Shown here: positions 1 to 8,659 of the stretch, one piece after another
Numbering within the stretch: position 1 is the first letter of the stretch
Layout: each line of letters starts with the position of its first letter
Source of the DNA: Pseudomonadota bacterium
GTDB taxonomy: Bacteria; Bdellovibrionota; Bdellovibrionia; Bdellovibrionales; SG-bin7
Length of the DNA: 64,000 nt
Reading direction: 5' to 3'
Assembly: GCA_034439715.1 (NCBI GenBank)
Contig: JAWXAY010000010.1
Location: 54,590-118,589 of the forward strand
Notes under the pieces: generated by a model
The model's database searches: none
The model's input: only the letters and a program-made list of their open reading frames with translations
What the model was told of the DNA's origin: nothing
Made by a program: the position numbers and the translations under genes

Positions 1-947
1 AAAATTGTCGCGTTTTTGAAACAAAACACGCTTGTTACGGGGCGACGGCAGCCCTTGCCATGGCTACAGATTGGATTCTATCGGGACGGGCGCAGGGCAA
101 AAAAGCAATAATAATAGCAAGTGATATTGCTCGCTACGGGTTGAAAACTGCAGGCGAACCCACGCAAGGTGCTGGTGCCGTGGCGATGCTGATTTCAGAC
201 AACCCAAAATTGCTAGAGTTAGAAACCAATTATGTTGGTAACTACTCAGAACAGGTTATGGATTTTTGGCGACCAACATACTCTAAAGAAGCTTTTGCTG
301 ATGGTCATTTTTCAATTCAATGTTACTTAACGGCCTTAGCAGGTTCCTACGACGCCTACAGAGAAAGTTTTACGAAACAGCATGCCGATGCTCCTGAAAT
401 GCTAGCCAGTCGTTTTGCCGCTTGTTTGTATCACGTGCCGTTTGTCAAAATGGCGAATAAAGCTCACCACAAATTAATCGAACACGAAACGAAAACTAAA
501 ATAGAAAAAGATGACCCACGCATGAATGACGTCATCAAGGACTTTAATGAGCGGGTGGCTGGTAATTTAAATCTCAACGCCAGGATTGGAAATGTATATA
601 CTGGCTCTCTGTATCTTTCGCTTTTTAACTTCCTGGAACAGAATAGCGCCAAAAACGTGGGCCGCGCGATTAGTCTATTTAGTTATGGCAGCGGCTGCAC
701 CTCAGAATTTTTTAGCGGAATTGTACAGCCCGGCGCAGAATTAGCTTTACAAAAAGTTTCGTCGCAGTCGGCATTGAATTCCCGCATTCGCATTCCCGTT
801 GATCATTATGAAAAAATGTTGAATGCATCGGCCGAATCCGACCAAAATAATGTCGAGGTTTCTGATCCTAAAACTTGGCATATTACAGGTCCGGTACTTT
901 ATTTAGGAAATAAAGACCACAAACGACAGTATGCCGTTAATCAGTGA
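1..947 (+). CDS. mvaS: Hydroxymethylglutaryl-CoA synthase, 5'-truncated by the window edge
   Basis: The frame is open from base 3 and reads NCRVFETKHACYGATAALAM (catalytic Cys motif); also GEPTQGAGAVA, DFWRP, YHVPF, GNVYTGS, FSYGSG. Confidence 0.9.
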   Translation, partial: NCRVFETKHACYGATAALAMATDWILSGRAQGKKAIIIASDIARYGLKTAGEPTQGAGAVAMLISDNPKLLELETNYVGNYSEQVMDFWRPTYSKEAFADGHFSIQCYLTALAGSYDAYRESFTKQHADAPEMLASRFAACLYHVPFVKMANKAHHKLIEHETKTKIEKDDPRMNDVIKDFNERVAGNLNLNARIGNVYTGSLYLSLFNFLEQNSAKNVGRAISLFSYGSGCTSEFFSGIVQPGAELALQKVSSQSALNSRIRIPVDHYEKMLNASAESDQNNVEVSDPKTWHITGPVLYLGNKDHKRQYAVNQ

Positions 948-1755
948 ACCGACCTAATACCGGCGATAAGAGCAATAATATTACCGGTATTGAGGCAAAT
1001 AAAACCACAATAAACGCACCTGCGGGCAGATCCCAGATGTGACTTAGGGTCATACCAATAAAGCTTAAAGCAAATCCTAGAGCCCATCCAAAAAAAAGGC
1101 GAGCACGAATACTATTAAAAAACAAGGTTCCCACGACAGCGGGTACAATTAAATAAGCGAATACCTGCAGTACTCCGGCGACGCTCACAGAGGACGTAAT
1201 GACTACGCCGAATAATACATAAAATAGAAAGTCCCAATACCCCGTCTTTTCTGTTTTTTTGCCAAATGAGGCCGCAATGAGTTGTCTTCTAAAAACAAAA
1301 TGAATACCAGCAACGATGCTATAAATGATTCCAGTTTTTATGACGTCAAACCAAGTTACCCACAATACCTGACCTACTAGTAGATCTTTAATGTGCTCTG
1401 CTCCATGCGCAATGCGGTCAACGACAAGAACTACAGCAGCAGAAGCTAACGCATAGACGATGCCGATGATTGCTTCTTGTGAAAATAATTTTTCGTGACG
1501 TCTTGCCAATGCAAAAAGGCCGGCGACGGCGAATGTGCTAAATAGAGAAATAAAATAGGTCCCAGCCGAATTGTGTTCAAAGCCAAATAATATCGCGATC
1601 GTGGCTCCAAAAGCAGCTACTTGCGCTAGACTGAGATCCACAAAAATCACCCCACGTGCCAGCACATGTAATCCCAAATAACAATGAATTCCGGCCAAGA
1701 TTAGACACATCACAAACGGTGCAGCTAGAAATGTTAGGGCGTTCACCAGCTCCAT
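937..1755 (-). CDS. Mn/Zn ABC-type permease (ZnuB/MntB family)
   Basis: Multiple TM helices; GVIFVDLSLAQVAAFG and GVLQVFAYLIVPA are family-like; follows the binding-protein gene. Confidence 0.85.
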   Translation of the reverse strand: MELVNALTFLAAPFVMCLILAGIHCYLGLHVLARGVIFVDLSLAQVAAFGATIAILFGFEHNSAGTYFISLFSTFAVAGLFALARRHEKLFSQEAIIGIVYALASAAVVLVVDRIAHGAEHIKDLLVGQVLWVTWFDVIKTGIIYSIVAGIHFVFRRQLIAASFGKKTEKTGYWDFLFYVLFGVVITSSVSVAGVLQVFAYLIVPAVVGTLFFNSIRARLFFGWALGFALSFIGMTLSHIWDLPAGAFIVVLFASIPVILLLLSPVLGRFTD

Positions 1756-1778
1756 TATTTATTCCTCTATTCATTTCT

Positions 1779-2702
1779 CTAGTTATTATTTTGATCCACA
1801 ATGCCTTTTACTAAGTTTTCGTACAAGTCGTCTATTGTAGCAATTCCCTCGGCGCCATCCACAGCGACAGGAACGGTTGCCGATCGAATCGAGGGAATTG
1901 TTTGTTTAATTTTTTCTGTCACCGTTGGGGCAAAATAATTTTCTACGAGTATCAATGAAATTTGGTCTTTCTTGATGGTATCTATTACTTTAAGAATATG
2001 TGCGCTGGTTGGAGGAATTCCCGGCTTTGGTTCTAGGATTACGGGATTTTCAATTTGAAATCGGTCTAAAAAATAAGTGAGCGTTCTGTGATAGGTGACA
2101 GCTTTTTTTATACCAGCCGCTTGAATTCTCTGTTGCCACTCTTTGGTTTTCTTTTGCATTCTCAATTGCAGAGCGAGCGCATTTTTTTGATACTCAGCAG
2201 TATTCGCGCTGTCAAGCTCACCTAGTCGCTCAGCAATTTTCAAGGCGATTTCACCAGTTCTGATAGGATCTAAAGTGACATGTGGATTACCAAATGGGTG
2301 TACATCACCATCGGCTCTGCTGATTCGACCGATGGGTATTTCTAACGGTTTTACAAAGGTTCCCACCTCGAGGTAGCCTTTTTGGCCCTGATTTATTTTT
2401 GGGTTCCTCGCTCCGCGGATAAGGCTGGGTAGCCAACCCACTTCTAAATCCAGTCCAATTGCAATCAGCAGATCAGCTTTGCTTACTTTAGTCATATAAG
2501 AAGGCTTGGCTTCTATAAAGTGAGGGTCCTGCGTGCCCTTAGCAATTGAGTTTACGTTAATGAATTTTTGTCCAACTTCATTTGTGATTGCGCGTAAGTC
2601 AGTAGTGGTTGTGACTACGTTAAGTTCAGCCAGAGCGCTAACTGCTGATAAATTGAAAGTACTCAATATAACGGGAATTAAAATAGAGTTTAATAAACGC
2701 AT
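1779..2702 (-). CDS. Metal-binding periplasmic protein (ZnuA/TroA family)
   Basis: Start moved to MRLLNS (ATG 2702, GGGGAG RBS); signal peptide; DPHF, GNPHVTLDP and YH metal-ligand motifs. Confidence 0.88.
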   Translation of the reverse strand: MRLLNSILIPVILSTFNLSAVSALAELNVVTTTTDLRAITNEVGQKFINVNSIAKGTQDPHFIEAKPSYMTKVSKADLLIAIGLDLEVGWLPSLIRGARNPKINQGQKGYLEVGTFVKPLEIPIGRISRADGDVHPFGNPHVTLDPIRTGEIALKIAERLGELDSANTAEYQKNALALQLRMQKKTKEWQQRIQAAGIKKAVTYHRTLTYFLDRFQIENPVILEPKPGIPPTSAHILKVIDTIKKDQISLILVENYFAPTVTEKIKQTIPSIRSATVPVAVDGAEGIATIDDLYENLVKGIVDQNNN

Positions 2703-2715
2703 TTTGAACTCCCCA

Positions 2716-3786
2716 TTAATAGGTATGCGCTGGGTGCACACCGATACTAATGTTATACTGAAGAGCCACCACATGATCCACATTGTTTTTGCCTTGTGTG
2801 TTGATGCGATTATACTGCATCCTGAATCCCGAAAATTCAGAGGGTAAGAATCCCAAGAGAATACTTTGCTTATTCTGAAATGGGATAACATCCGGATGAG
2901 GTAATCCCACATACTCATATCGTAGTTGCAGCCACCAACGCTCTGCAAATTGGTATTGTATCCAAGTAGCGACCCCGCCCAATTTTTCTGTAGTCTCTGC
3001 GGTAGTGGGTTCTGTAAATCCCCTTCGATTTGCCTGTAAATATTCGGTCGACCATATTAGGGCGTGATACTTACCACCTTTTTCAGGTCTCCATTTAGAA
3101 GTCAGATCGATGCCAAAGATAGAACTGTTTCTGTCGAGCTGGTTACGTCCTTCTGCCGCCGATAGACCAAGCTCAAGGGTTAAGTCTGAACTCAAATCCC
3201 AAAGATTTTTAATGTGTACCAACCCACCCGAATGGCGAGATTTAGGACTATTAAAGATGGTTTCATTGCTGAGACTAAACGCCTGCAACACTATCTCCGA
3301 ATACCATTTAGCAGGTATCAAAATAGCTGCTGAAACACCTGATTCATTGATGCCCTCGTCACCCAATAACGTCTGGTGAATTAATGGGGCGTCGACAAAA
3401 GGAAAAGCATGTGCGTGCAACTCATTGTGCCTTCCCAGTGCCAATTTAAATTTGCCGGCCTTTAAGATCATATGTGGTAGTGAAATCGTCTCAATAAAAA
3501 CGTCTTCGGGTTCGATGACAAACCCGGGATCACCGGCTTCTTGGCCGACCGCCAATAGTACTTTAGCTTTCGTATAAGGATCGACGTCAGCCGTAAATTG
3601 TATTTCAGCTTCTTGCAGAGAAAATCCATTGTGGGGAACATCTAAGCGATCATTTGAAATGTCAGTGCCTGACAAAAATAATCCTAAAAAATTTGCGCTG
3701 ATGTCAGGATTAAAGGCTTTTGTGTTTTGTGCAAGTGCGCCGAGTGGAAATGCGCAAAAAATTAAAATAGGTAACAGTTTAGTCAT
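2716..3786 (-). CDS. Putative outer-membrane beta-barrel protein associated with metal uptake
   Basis: Start MTKLL (3786, GGAG RBS); signal peptide; alternating beta-strand pattern; His-rich HNELHAH and C-terminal GVHPAHTY. Confidence 0.7.
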   Translation of the reverse strand: MTKLLPILIFCAFPLGALAQNTKAFNPDISANFLGLFLSGTDISNDRLDVPHNGFSLQEAEIQFTADVDPYTKAKVLLAVGQEAGDPGFVIEPEDVFIETISLPHMILKAGKFKLALGRHNELHAHAFPFVDAPLIHQTLLGDEGINESGVSAAILIPAKWYSEIVLQAFSLSNETIFNSPKSRHSGGLVHIKNLWDLSSDLTLELGLSAAEGRNQLDRNSSIFGIDLTSKWRPEKGGKYHALIWSTEYLQANRRGFTEPTTAETTEKLGGVATWIQYQFAERWWLQLRYEYVGLPHPDVIPFQNKQSILLGFLPSEFSGFRMQYNRINTQGKNNVDHVVALQYNISIGVHPAHTY

Positions 3787-3836
3787 AGGGGCTCCAAATA
3801 AATTTTGGTAATTAAAAAAATAGGAACTAAAAAACA

Positions 3837-4109
3837 TTAGGAGACGTGTGGAGGTGCCCGGGCAGGTGAGTTAAGGACTATTAAGGGCGACAATATTATA
3901 CGCTCCAACTTAGGAAGCAAATAGGTCTCAATTTGAATAGCTATTAAGAAAATAATTGGATCACAAGTGATTGTTATTGTGTTTGATTGAACTTCGCAAA
4001 TTGGACAGTGATGCTTTTCATTGTTAGACCCTTGAGGTTCATGGCTAAAGTCGTGGAACTGTAAGGCCAGAAGTGCAACAATTATGATTAAAGGCAACAA
4101 TTTACGCAT
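3837..4109 (-). CDS. DUF2946/CruR/CutF-like leader ORF (hydrophobic N-terminus, CxxC, C-terminal RAPP)
   Basis: MRKLLPLIIIVALLAL, then HDFSH, HHCPIC and SPARAPPHVS-stop; ends 50 nt before the OMP start. Confidence 0.75.
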   Translation of the reverse strand: MRKLLPLIIIVALLALQFHDFSHEPQGSNNEKHHCPICEVQSNTITITCDPIIFLIAIQIETYLLPKLERIILSPLIVLNSPARAPPHVS

Positions 4110-4117
4110 CAGAGGAG

Positions 4118-4147
4118 AGTATAGTGACTTTCAAAAAAAAGTCACTA
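4118..4147 (-). promoter_or_regulatory. -10 box TATACT overlapped by a perfect 10-bp inverted repeat (operator and/or terminator)
   Basis: TAGTGACTTT (4122-4131) / AAAGTCACTA (4138-4147); minus-strand TATACT at 4123-4118, 8 nt before the ATG at 4109. Confidence 0.5.
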
Positions 4148-4196
4148 GAAGAAAATACTCTTCGTTTAATAGGCGTGCTTATGAGCAATGCTGTTC

Positions 4197-5138
4197 CTAT
4201 TCTAGGTATCTCTGCATTTGATTATACCCTAATCTCGCTATAGCGGCCCTTTGATTGCAGTGTCGACAGAGTAGTCTTAGGTTTTTGATGTCTGAAGACC
4301 CACCCAAGCTTAGCGGGTTTAGATGATCAATCTCCAAGGCATATTCGGAACTACAATTTTGGCATTTTCCTGCAGCTTTACGCCAAACATCTTTTTTTAA
4401 TTTTATAGAAATATATTGTCTCGTGGGTTTTGTCGTTGTGATCACCGCTACTTTCGGCGCCGGCGGTATGTTTTTGGGCAAATCGATTTTCTGTTTCTTT
4501 CCTATTTTAAGTTCTCGGCGCAAAGGATCCAGTTCATTTAATGCCATTTCACAAAGTTCATTGATAAGGTCTGAGGTATTTAGGCCCGGCTTTCGATGGG
4601 CAATCAGGCCCTTAATTCGATTCATCTTAGAAAGTAAATTCTGATCAGCCGAAAATCTCACCTCAGTAACTTCTGGCGTAACTTGTCTGAATTTTTCTAC
4701 GACGGGTTTGGGCGGAACAGAAGATCTCGATATTAAAATTTTCTCCCCTTCACGACTGGATTTGTTCGAAAGTTCCTCTAAAACTTTAAACTTTTCATGA
4801 GGACTCATGGCAGACAGTTTTTCTTCTTGGTTAAAAAACGTTTTAGCTTGAACAACATTACTTAAACTCAATTCGCCTCTTGAAATTTTTTCTTCAATTG
4901 TTGGAATCTCTGTAATCATACGCATGGCCACAATTCTTCGCTGGGCCTGGCTTTCTGAATACTTAAGAGCCTGCATGCAGTACGAAAACAAACTGGGAAA
5001 TCCCAGAGCAGAATAGAGTCTTCGTCTTTGGATTTCCTGCAAGTGACGCAGGATCTCGGTTAAGACTTCGCGCTCGGATGTCACCAGTGATTTTGTTTTT
5101 TCAAGTAACTCTTTGTCAGATAAACTATTTAAGTTCAT
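4197..5138 (-). CDS. HNH endonuclease with a long helical N-terminal domain (loosely DUF222-like architecture)
   Basis: C-terminal CQNC...LEIDHLNPLSLGGSSDIKNLRLLCRHCN (HNH plus Zn-finger cysteines); start likely MNLNSL at 5138 after GGGGG. Confidence 0.85.
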   Translation of the reverse strand: MNLNSLSDKELLEKTKSLVTSEREVLTEILRHLQEIQRRRLYSALGFPSLFSYCMQALKYSESQAQRRIVAMRMITEIPTIEEKISRGELSLSNVVQAKTFFNQEEKLSAMSPHEKFKVLEELSNKSSREGEKILISRSSVPPKPVVEKFRQVTPEVTEVRFSADQNLLSKMNRIKGLIAHRKPGLNTSDLINELCEMALNELDPLRRELKIGKKQKIDLPKNIPPAPKVAVITTTKPTRQYISIKLKKDVWRKAAGKCQNCSSEYALEIDHLNPLSLGGSSDIKNLRLLCRHCNQRAAIARLGYNQMQRYLE

Positions 5139-5197
5139 AAAGCCCCCCATTTAAACCAAACATAACACGGTATTTTTCGCACGAATTTTTCCTCCTT

Positions 5198-5341
5198 AAA
5201 CCGACGCAAGCTGGTTTCTAAAAATAGAGAGTTCGCAGGCCTGCATAGTTATGGCAGCACTCAGCTAAAGGCCCGCAAGTGACTTTAACAAGGGTGCAGT
5301 GCTGGCGATGCAATGACGTATAAATTTTTTCGAAAATTTAT
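5198..5341 (+). ncRNA. Candidate structured non-coding element next to the HNH gene
   Basis: Hairpins AAACC/GGTTT with C-GCAA-G loop; nested TGCAT/ATGCA, CAGCACT/AGTGCTG, TAAAG/CTTTA with C-GCAA-G loop; ATAAATTTT-TTCG-AAAATTTAT. Confidence 0.35.
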
Positions 5342-5412
5342 TAAACTGATGTCAAGGAAAGTTTAAAAAAATAATACCAAAATATTAAAAATGGAATTAA
5401 CTTGTATGAAAA

Positions 5413-5880
5413 TCAGTGAATGATTTTTAGGCCCTTAAGACTGTAAGGCACTTGGGATTTCATGGCCTTTGTTGACTGAGCGCCAACTTTATCTGATTCA
5501 GGAGGCGTCAAAATTTGGGTTGTCCCATACTTTACCCCATCCTGAAGTTCGTAAACAGAAAAAACCACTTTCCACTGACTTGATTTAAATCGCACCACGA
5601 TTTCAGAGTGTACCGTGGTGCCGGCCTTCACGTCGTTATGGTTGACAGTTGTGGTGCCCTGCACCAGTTCCACTTCGGGGGGTAAAATCCAGTCCATGGT
5701 AAGCTCGTTATAATCTTGTGCCACGGTAGCCTTGCCGGTTAATGTGATGTCGAGGTTTGGATCATCGTATTTTGTTTGAGACGGAATTATTTCAAGTGCC
5801 AGCGGGCCCTTACTTTTAGAAATTGCACCATTTGAAAAAAGCAATAGTCCTACTAAAAAAAAATTTGAAATTAAGGACAT
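5413..5880 (-). CDS. Secreted hypothetical protein, beta-rich
   Basis: Signal peptide; overlaps the end of the upstream protease gene by 10 nt. Confidence 0.7.
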   Translation of the reverse strand: MSLISNFFLVGLLLFSNGAISKSKGPLALEIIPSQTKYDDPNLDITLTGKATVAQDYNELTMDWILPPEVELVQGTTTVNHNDVKAGTTVHSEIVVRFKSSQWKVVFSVYELQDGVKYGTTQILTPPESDKVGAQSTKAMKSQVPYSLKGLKIIH

Positions 5881-7622
5881 ACTTGTGCTCCTCCCGCGGT
5901 CAAGGTGTAGTTAATGCTCCCCGCGCCAGTATAATATTGCACGACCACTAAATAATGTCCAATTGCTAAGGAGGGCGTTAACGATACACTTCCATTATCA
6001 GTAGTGCTGTCGTTAAAAAGGACCATGTCTGAAACATCAAGTTCAATGGGGCTATAGTTATTAAAGAGATTGTGGTCGCGTCTCATAATAAATAAATCCA
6101 TATCTTCGCTGCCTGGAGAGGAATAATTGAGGGTAAAATTTATAGTACCATTTGATGTTTTGATATAATCCCAATAATCAAAAGAGATATAGGCGCCACT
6201 TCCATTAGTGGCGGTAGTAGTACTTTTAGGAATTGCAGTAGTACACGCGCCCCCTTGAACCTTTGTGGCGTAGCCTGTGCGATTAGCGACCTGATTCTCA
6301 CTACCTAAAAGTGCAGTGTAGCTGGTGCTGCCAGAAAATGCCGCGTGAACTTCTTGAAAAAGTCCGAAAGACCTAAAGTTTACGCTTAATGTTTTTAATG
6401 CTGTAAATGCGGCCCACAGTTGATCAAAAGTGCCGGCGCCATTTACAGTATCAAAGCTATCGTCCCCAGCATTTGTGGCGTCTACGGCGTCATAGAGTGA
6501 TCTCGTAATGCCAAACTCTCTAAAGTTTCCTTCTCCCGCCTCGTTACCTTTATCAAAACAACCAGAACCGGGTATGTTTTGAGTTTGGCAGATATATTCT
6601 GTGCTCACATTAAAGTATATCTGCGGAGACCCGCTTATGTTTCCGACAGTGTCGCGGTAAAAAGAAACTCCAGTAACTGCCGCTTGTAAAAAATTTGCCC
6701 AACCTTCGCTCCACGCTAGCCGTGCATCAATCGCCGTTGTGCCCGAATGGCCACCGCCGGGAGAGTCAGACGTCGAATAGTGAGCTTCGATAAAATGGCC
6801 ATACTCGTGAATAATAATTGAAGAATCAAAATGATCGGTATCCGCACTGTCGGTATCGCCGCTAATGCCACCCAAGATATATAAATAATCTTGGCTAGGC
6901 ACATAAAAACTTAAGCCACTGCCATTATCACCAAGATAAGAGTTGGGATTAAAACCCTTTGTCCAATATACGTTTACCTTAAAGGTAGGTGTATAAGGTG
7001 TGCAGGTTAGACTTTGGCTCTCAAAAGATCCGGTCATGCTGGCACACGAAGCTGTTTTAGTGACCAAGTATTGGTTGGTGTCTAAGATTTTATCTAAAAT
7101 GTTAAAAGCACCGCCCTCAAGAGTTCCGGTAGCAGGGGCAGTAATTGTACCAACGCTTTTTGAGGAATCAGGCGTAAATGTTGTTGAAATAGTATAGTGG
7201 GTATTGCTTGTCGGATTATTAAGTATGCTAGCTTTATACTGTGAATTATTGGCACGTGAGCTTATTTTCACGGTCCATGTCTCGCCAGTCGTGTTTGCCT
7301 GAAAAGAAAAATTCCCGCTGCCGTCAGTTTCTGCACATTGAGCAATAGCACCGGCTTCGTTATAAACGACGACTTCGGCAAAGCGAATGGGTTTTGGTGT
7401 TGGATCAACTCCACCCAGGCCGCTCGAAGAGGATGTGCGAAATTGGTACTTGGCTGTACCAGTAATAGTTGCCGGCGAAGAATAGGTGATAGAATTTGAA
7501 CAATAATTCGCCTCAGCTCTCACCGAAACTGAAGTATCAGGCCGGTTTTTGCCACACCCTGAGTAAATCAAAACTATCGCGAGCGGGAGTAATGGAATGA
7601 GTAAAAATTGGCGGCCAATCAT
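5871..7622 (-). CDS. Lipoprotein zinc metalloprotease (gluzincin-like) with a C-terminal PPC-like domain
   Basis: Lipobox-like YSGC; HEYGH followed by AWSEGWANF; C-terminal DMDLFI...GHYLVVV; start moved downstream of the sigma28-like promoter. Confidence 0.7.
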   Translation of the reverse strand: MIGRQFLLIPLLPLAIVLIYSGCGKNRPDTSVSVRAEANYCSNSITYSSPATITGTAKYQFRTSSSSGLGGVDPTPKPIRFAEVVVYNEAGAIAQCAETDGSGNFSFQANTTGETWTVKISSRANNSQYKASILNNPTSNTHYTISTTFTPDSSKSVGTITAPATGTLEGGAFNILDKILDTNQYLVTKTASCASMTGSFESQSLTCTPYTPTFKVNVYWTKGFNPNSYLGDNGSGLSFYVPSQDYLYILGGISGDTDSADTDHFDSSIIIHEYGHFIEAHYSTSDSPGGGHSGTTAIDARLAWSEGWANFLQAAVTGVSFYRDTVGNISGSPQIYFNVSTEYICQTQNIPGSGCFDKGNEAGEGNFREFGITRSLYDAVDATNAGDDSFDTVNGAGTFDQLWAAFTALKTLSVNFRSFGLFQEVHAAFSGSTSYTALLGSENQVANRTGYATKVQGGACTTAIPKSTTTATNGSGAYISFDYWDYIKTSNGTINFTLNYSSPGSEDMDLFIMRRDHNLFNNYSPIELDVSDMVLFNDSTTDNGSVSLTPSLAIGHYLVVVQYYTGAGSINYTLTAGGAQVCP

Positions 7623-7629
7623 CATGATC

Positions 7630-7656
7630 TTATCGGCAAAAGAACCACAAAAATTA
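7630..7656 (-). promoter_or_regulatory. sigma28 (FliA)-like promoter
   Basis: Minus strand TAAT-N15-GCCGATAA versus consensus TAAA-N15-GCCGATAA. Confidence 0.6.
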
Positions 7657-7701
7657 AGTCTCATATTGAAACACTCTCGTCTCTATTGTATAAGAATAAA
7701 T

Positions 7702-7959
7702 ATGGAAAAGGGCTGCAATTCTGACATCACGGCTTTAGGCAAATCGTACCATGTCCAGACTGAGGACTGGGGCCTTAAAAACCCATTTATTGTTAGCCAA
7801 ATATTTCGCAATGGTGCAATTGTGAAAAGTGTAAAGAATCCCTACGAAAAAATACTTCCGCGTGGGCTAAGGTCTGATAGTCCCTCCATTCGTCTGGCTC
7901 TACGCAAGCAGCATCAAGAAATTCTAGACCTTCTCAATTCTGGTCAATTCGTTCTATAA
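7702..7959 (+). CDS. Small hypothetical protein (YHVQTED motif)
   Basis: Start MEKGCN at 7702; directly upstream of ftsE. Confidence 0.6.
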   Translation: MEKGCNSDITALGKSYHVQTEDWGLKNPFIVSQIFRNGAIVKSVKNPYEKILPRGLRSDSPSIRLALRKQHQEILDLLNSGQFVL

Positions 7960-7975
7960 CCGTTAACATATAAGA

Positions 7976-8659
7976 ATGATTTCACTATCTCATATTTATA
8001 AGACCTATCCCGGGCCCATTCATGCACTCAGTAATTTTGATTTAAATATAGAAAAAGGGGAGTCGGTATTCATAACTGGTCCCAGTGGCTCAGGAAAAAC
8101 AACTTTGTTTCGTTTGGTGTCTGGCTTTGATCGACCCAGTTCGGGAGCGATTTCTGTCGCTGGATTCAATATCAATGAACTTACTGAAAAAGAAGTTCCC
8201 TATTTTCGTAGAAATATTGGTGTCGTGTTTCAAGATTTCAGATTACTAAAAGATCGTACCGTTTTTGAAAACGTTGCATTACCTCTTGAAATCAAAGGTC
8301 AAAAATTTGTCGGTATAAAACAAAAAGTAAATGAGATGCTCGATATTGTTGGTCTCACGTTTAAGCGCGAACAACATCCGGAGCAGCTGTCGGGCGGAGA
8401 GCAGCAGCGGGTCGCTATTGCGCGCGCCCTCATTCATCAACCAGGCGTATTAATAGCGGACGAGCCGACAGGTAACTTGGACGAAGAGCTAAGTTTGGGA
8501 ATAATGGAGCTGCTAGATAAGGTCAATGCTCAAGGCACCACGGTACTAATTGCCACTCACGATATGGACCTCGTCAAAAAAAAGCGGCGCCGAGTGATTC
8601 AGATTAAATCAGGTAACATTGTAAAGGACTCAAAAAATGAACCAAATGCTTTGGGCTAA
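7976..8659 (+). CDS. ftsE: Cell division ATP-binding protein FtsE
   Basis: GPSGSGKT, RRNIGVVFQDFRLL, LSGGEQQRVAIARA, ADEPTGNLD; upstream of ftsX and envC. Confidence 0.93.
   Translation: MISLSHIYKTYPGPIHALSNFDLNIEKGESVFITGPSGSGKTTLFRLVSGFDRPSSGAISVAGFNINELTEKEVPYFRRNIGVVFQDFRLLKDRTVFENVALPLEIKGQKFVGIKQKVNEMLDIVGLTFKREQHPEQLSGGEQQRVAIARALIHQPGVLIADEPTGNLDEELSLGIMELLDKVNAQGTTVLIATHDMDLVKKKRRRVIQIKSGNIVKDSKNEPNALG

Noticed and set aside
2703..2948. 82-aa N-terminal extension of the binding-protein ORF
   Set aside because: It overlaps the OMP gene; the RBS and signal peptide point to ATG 2702.
4197..5150. HNH protein as IscB or a Cas9-like nuclease
   Set aside because: No PLMP or RuvC motifs visible; the HNH is at the extreme C-terminus.
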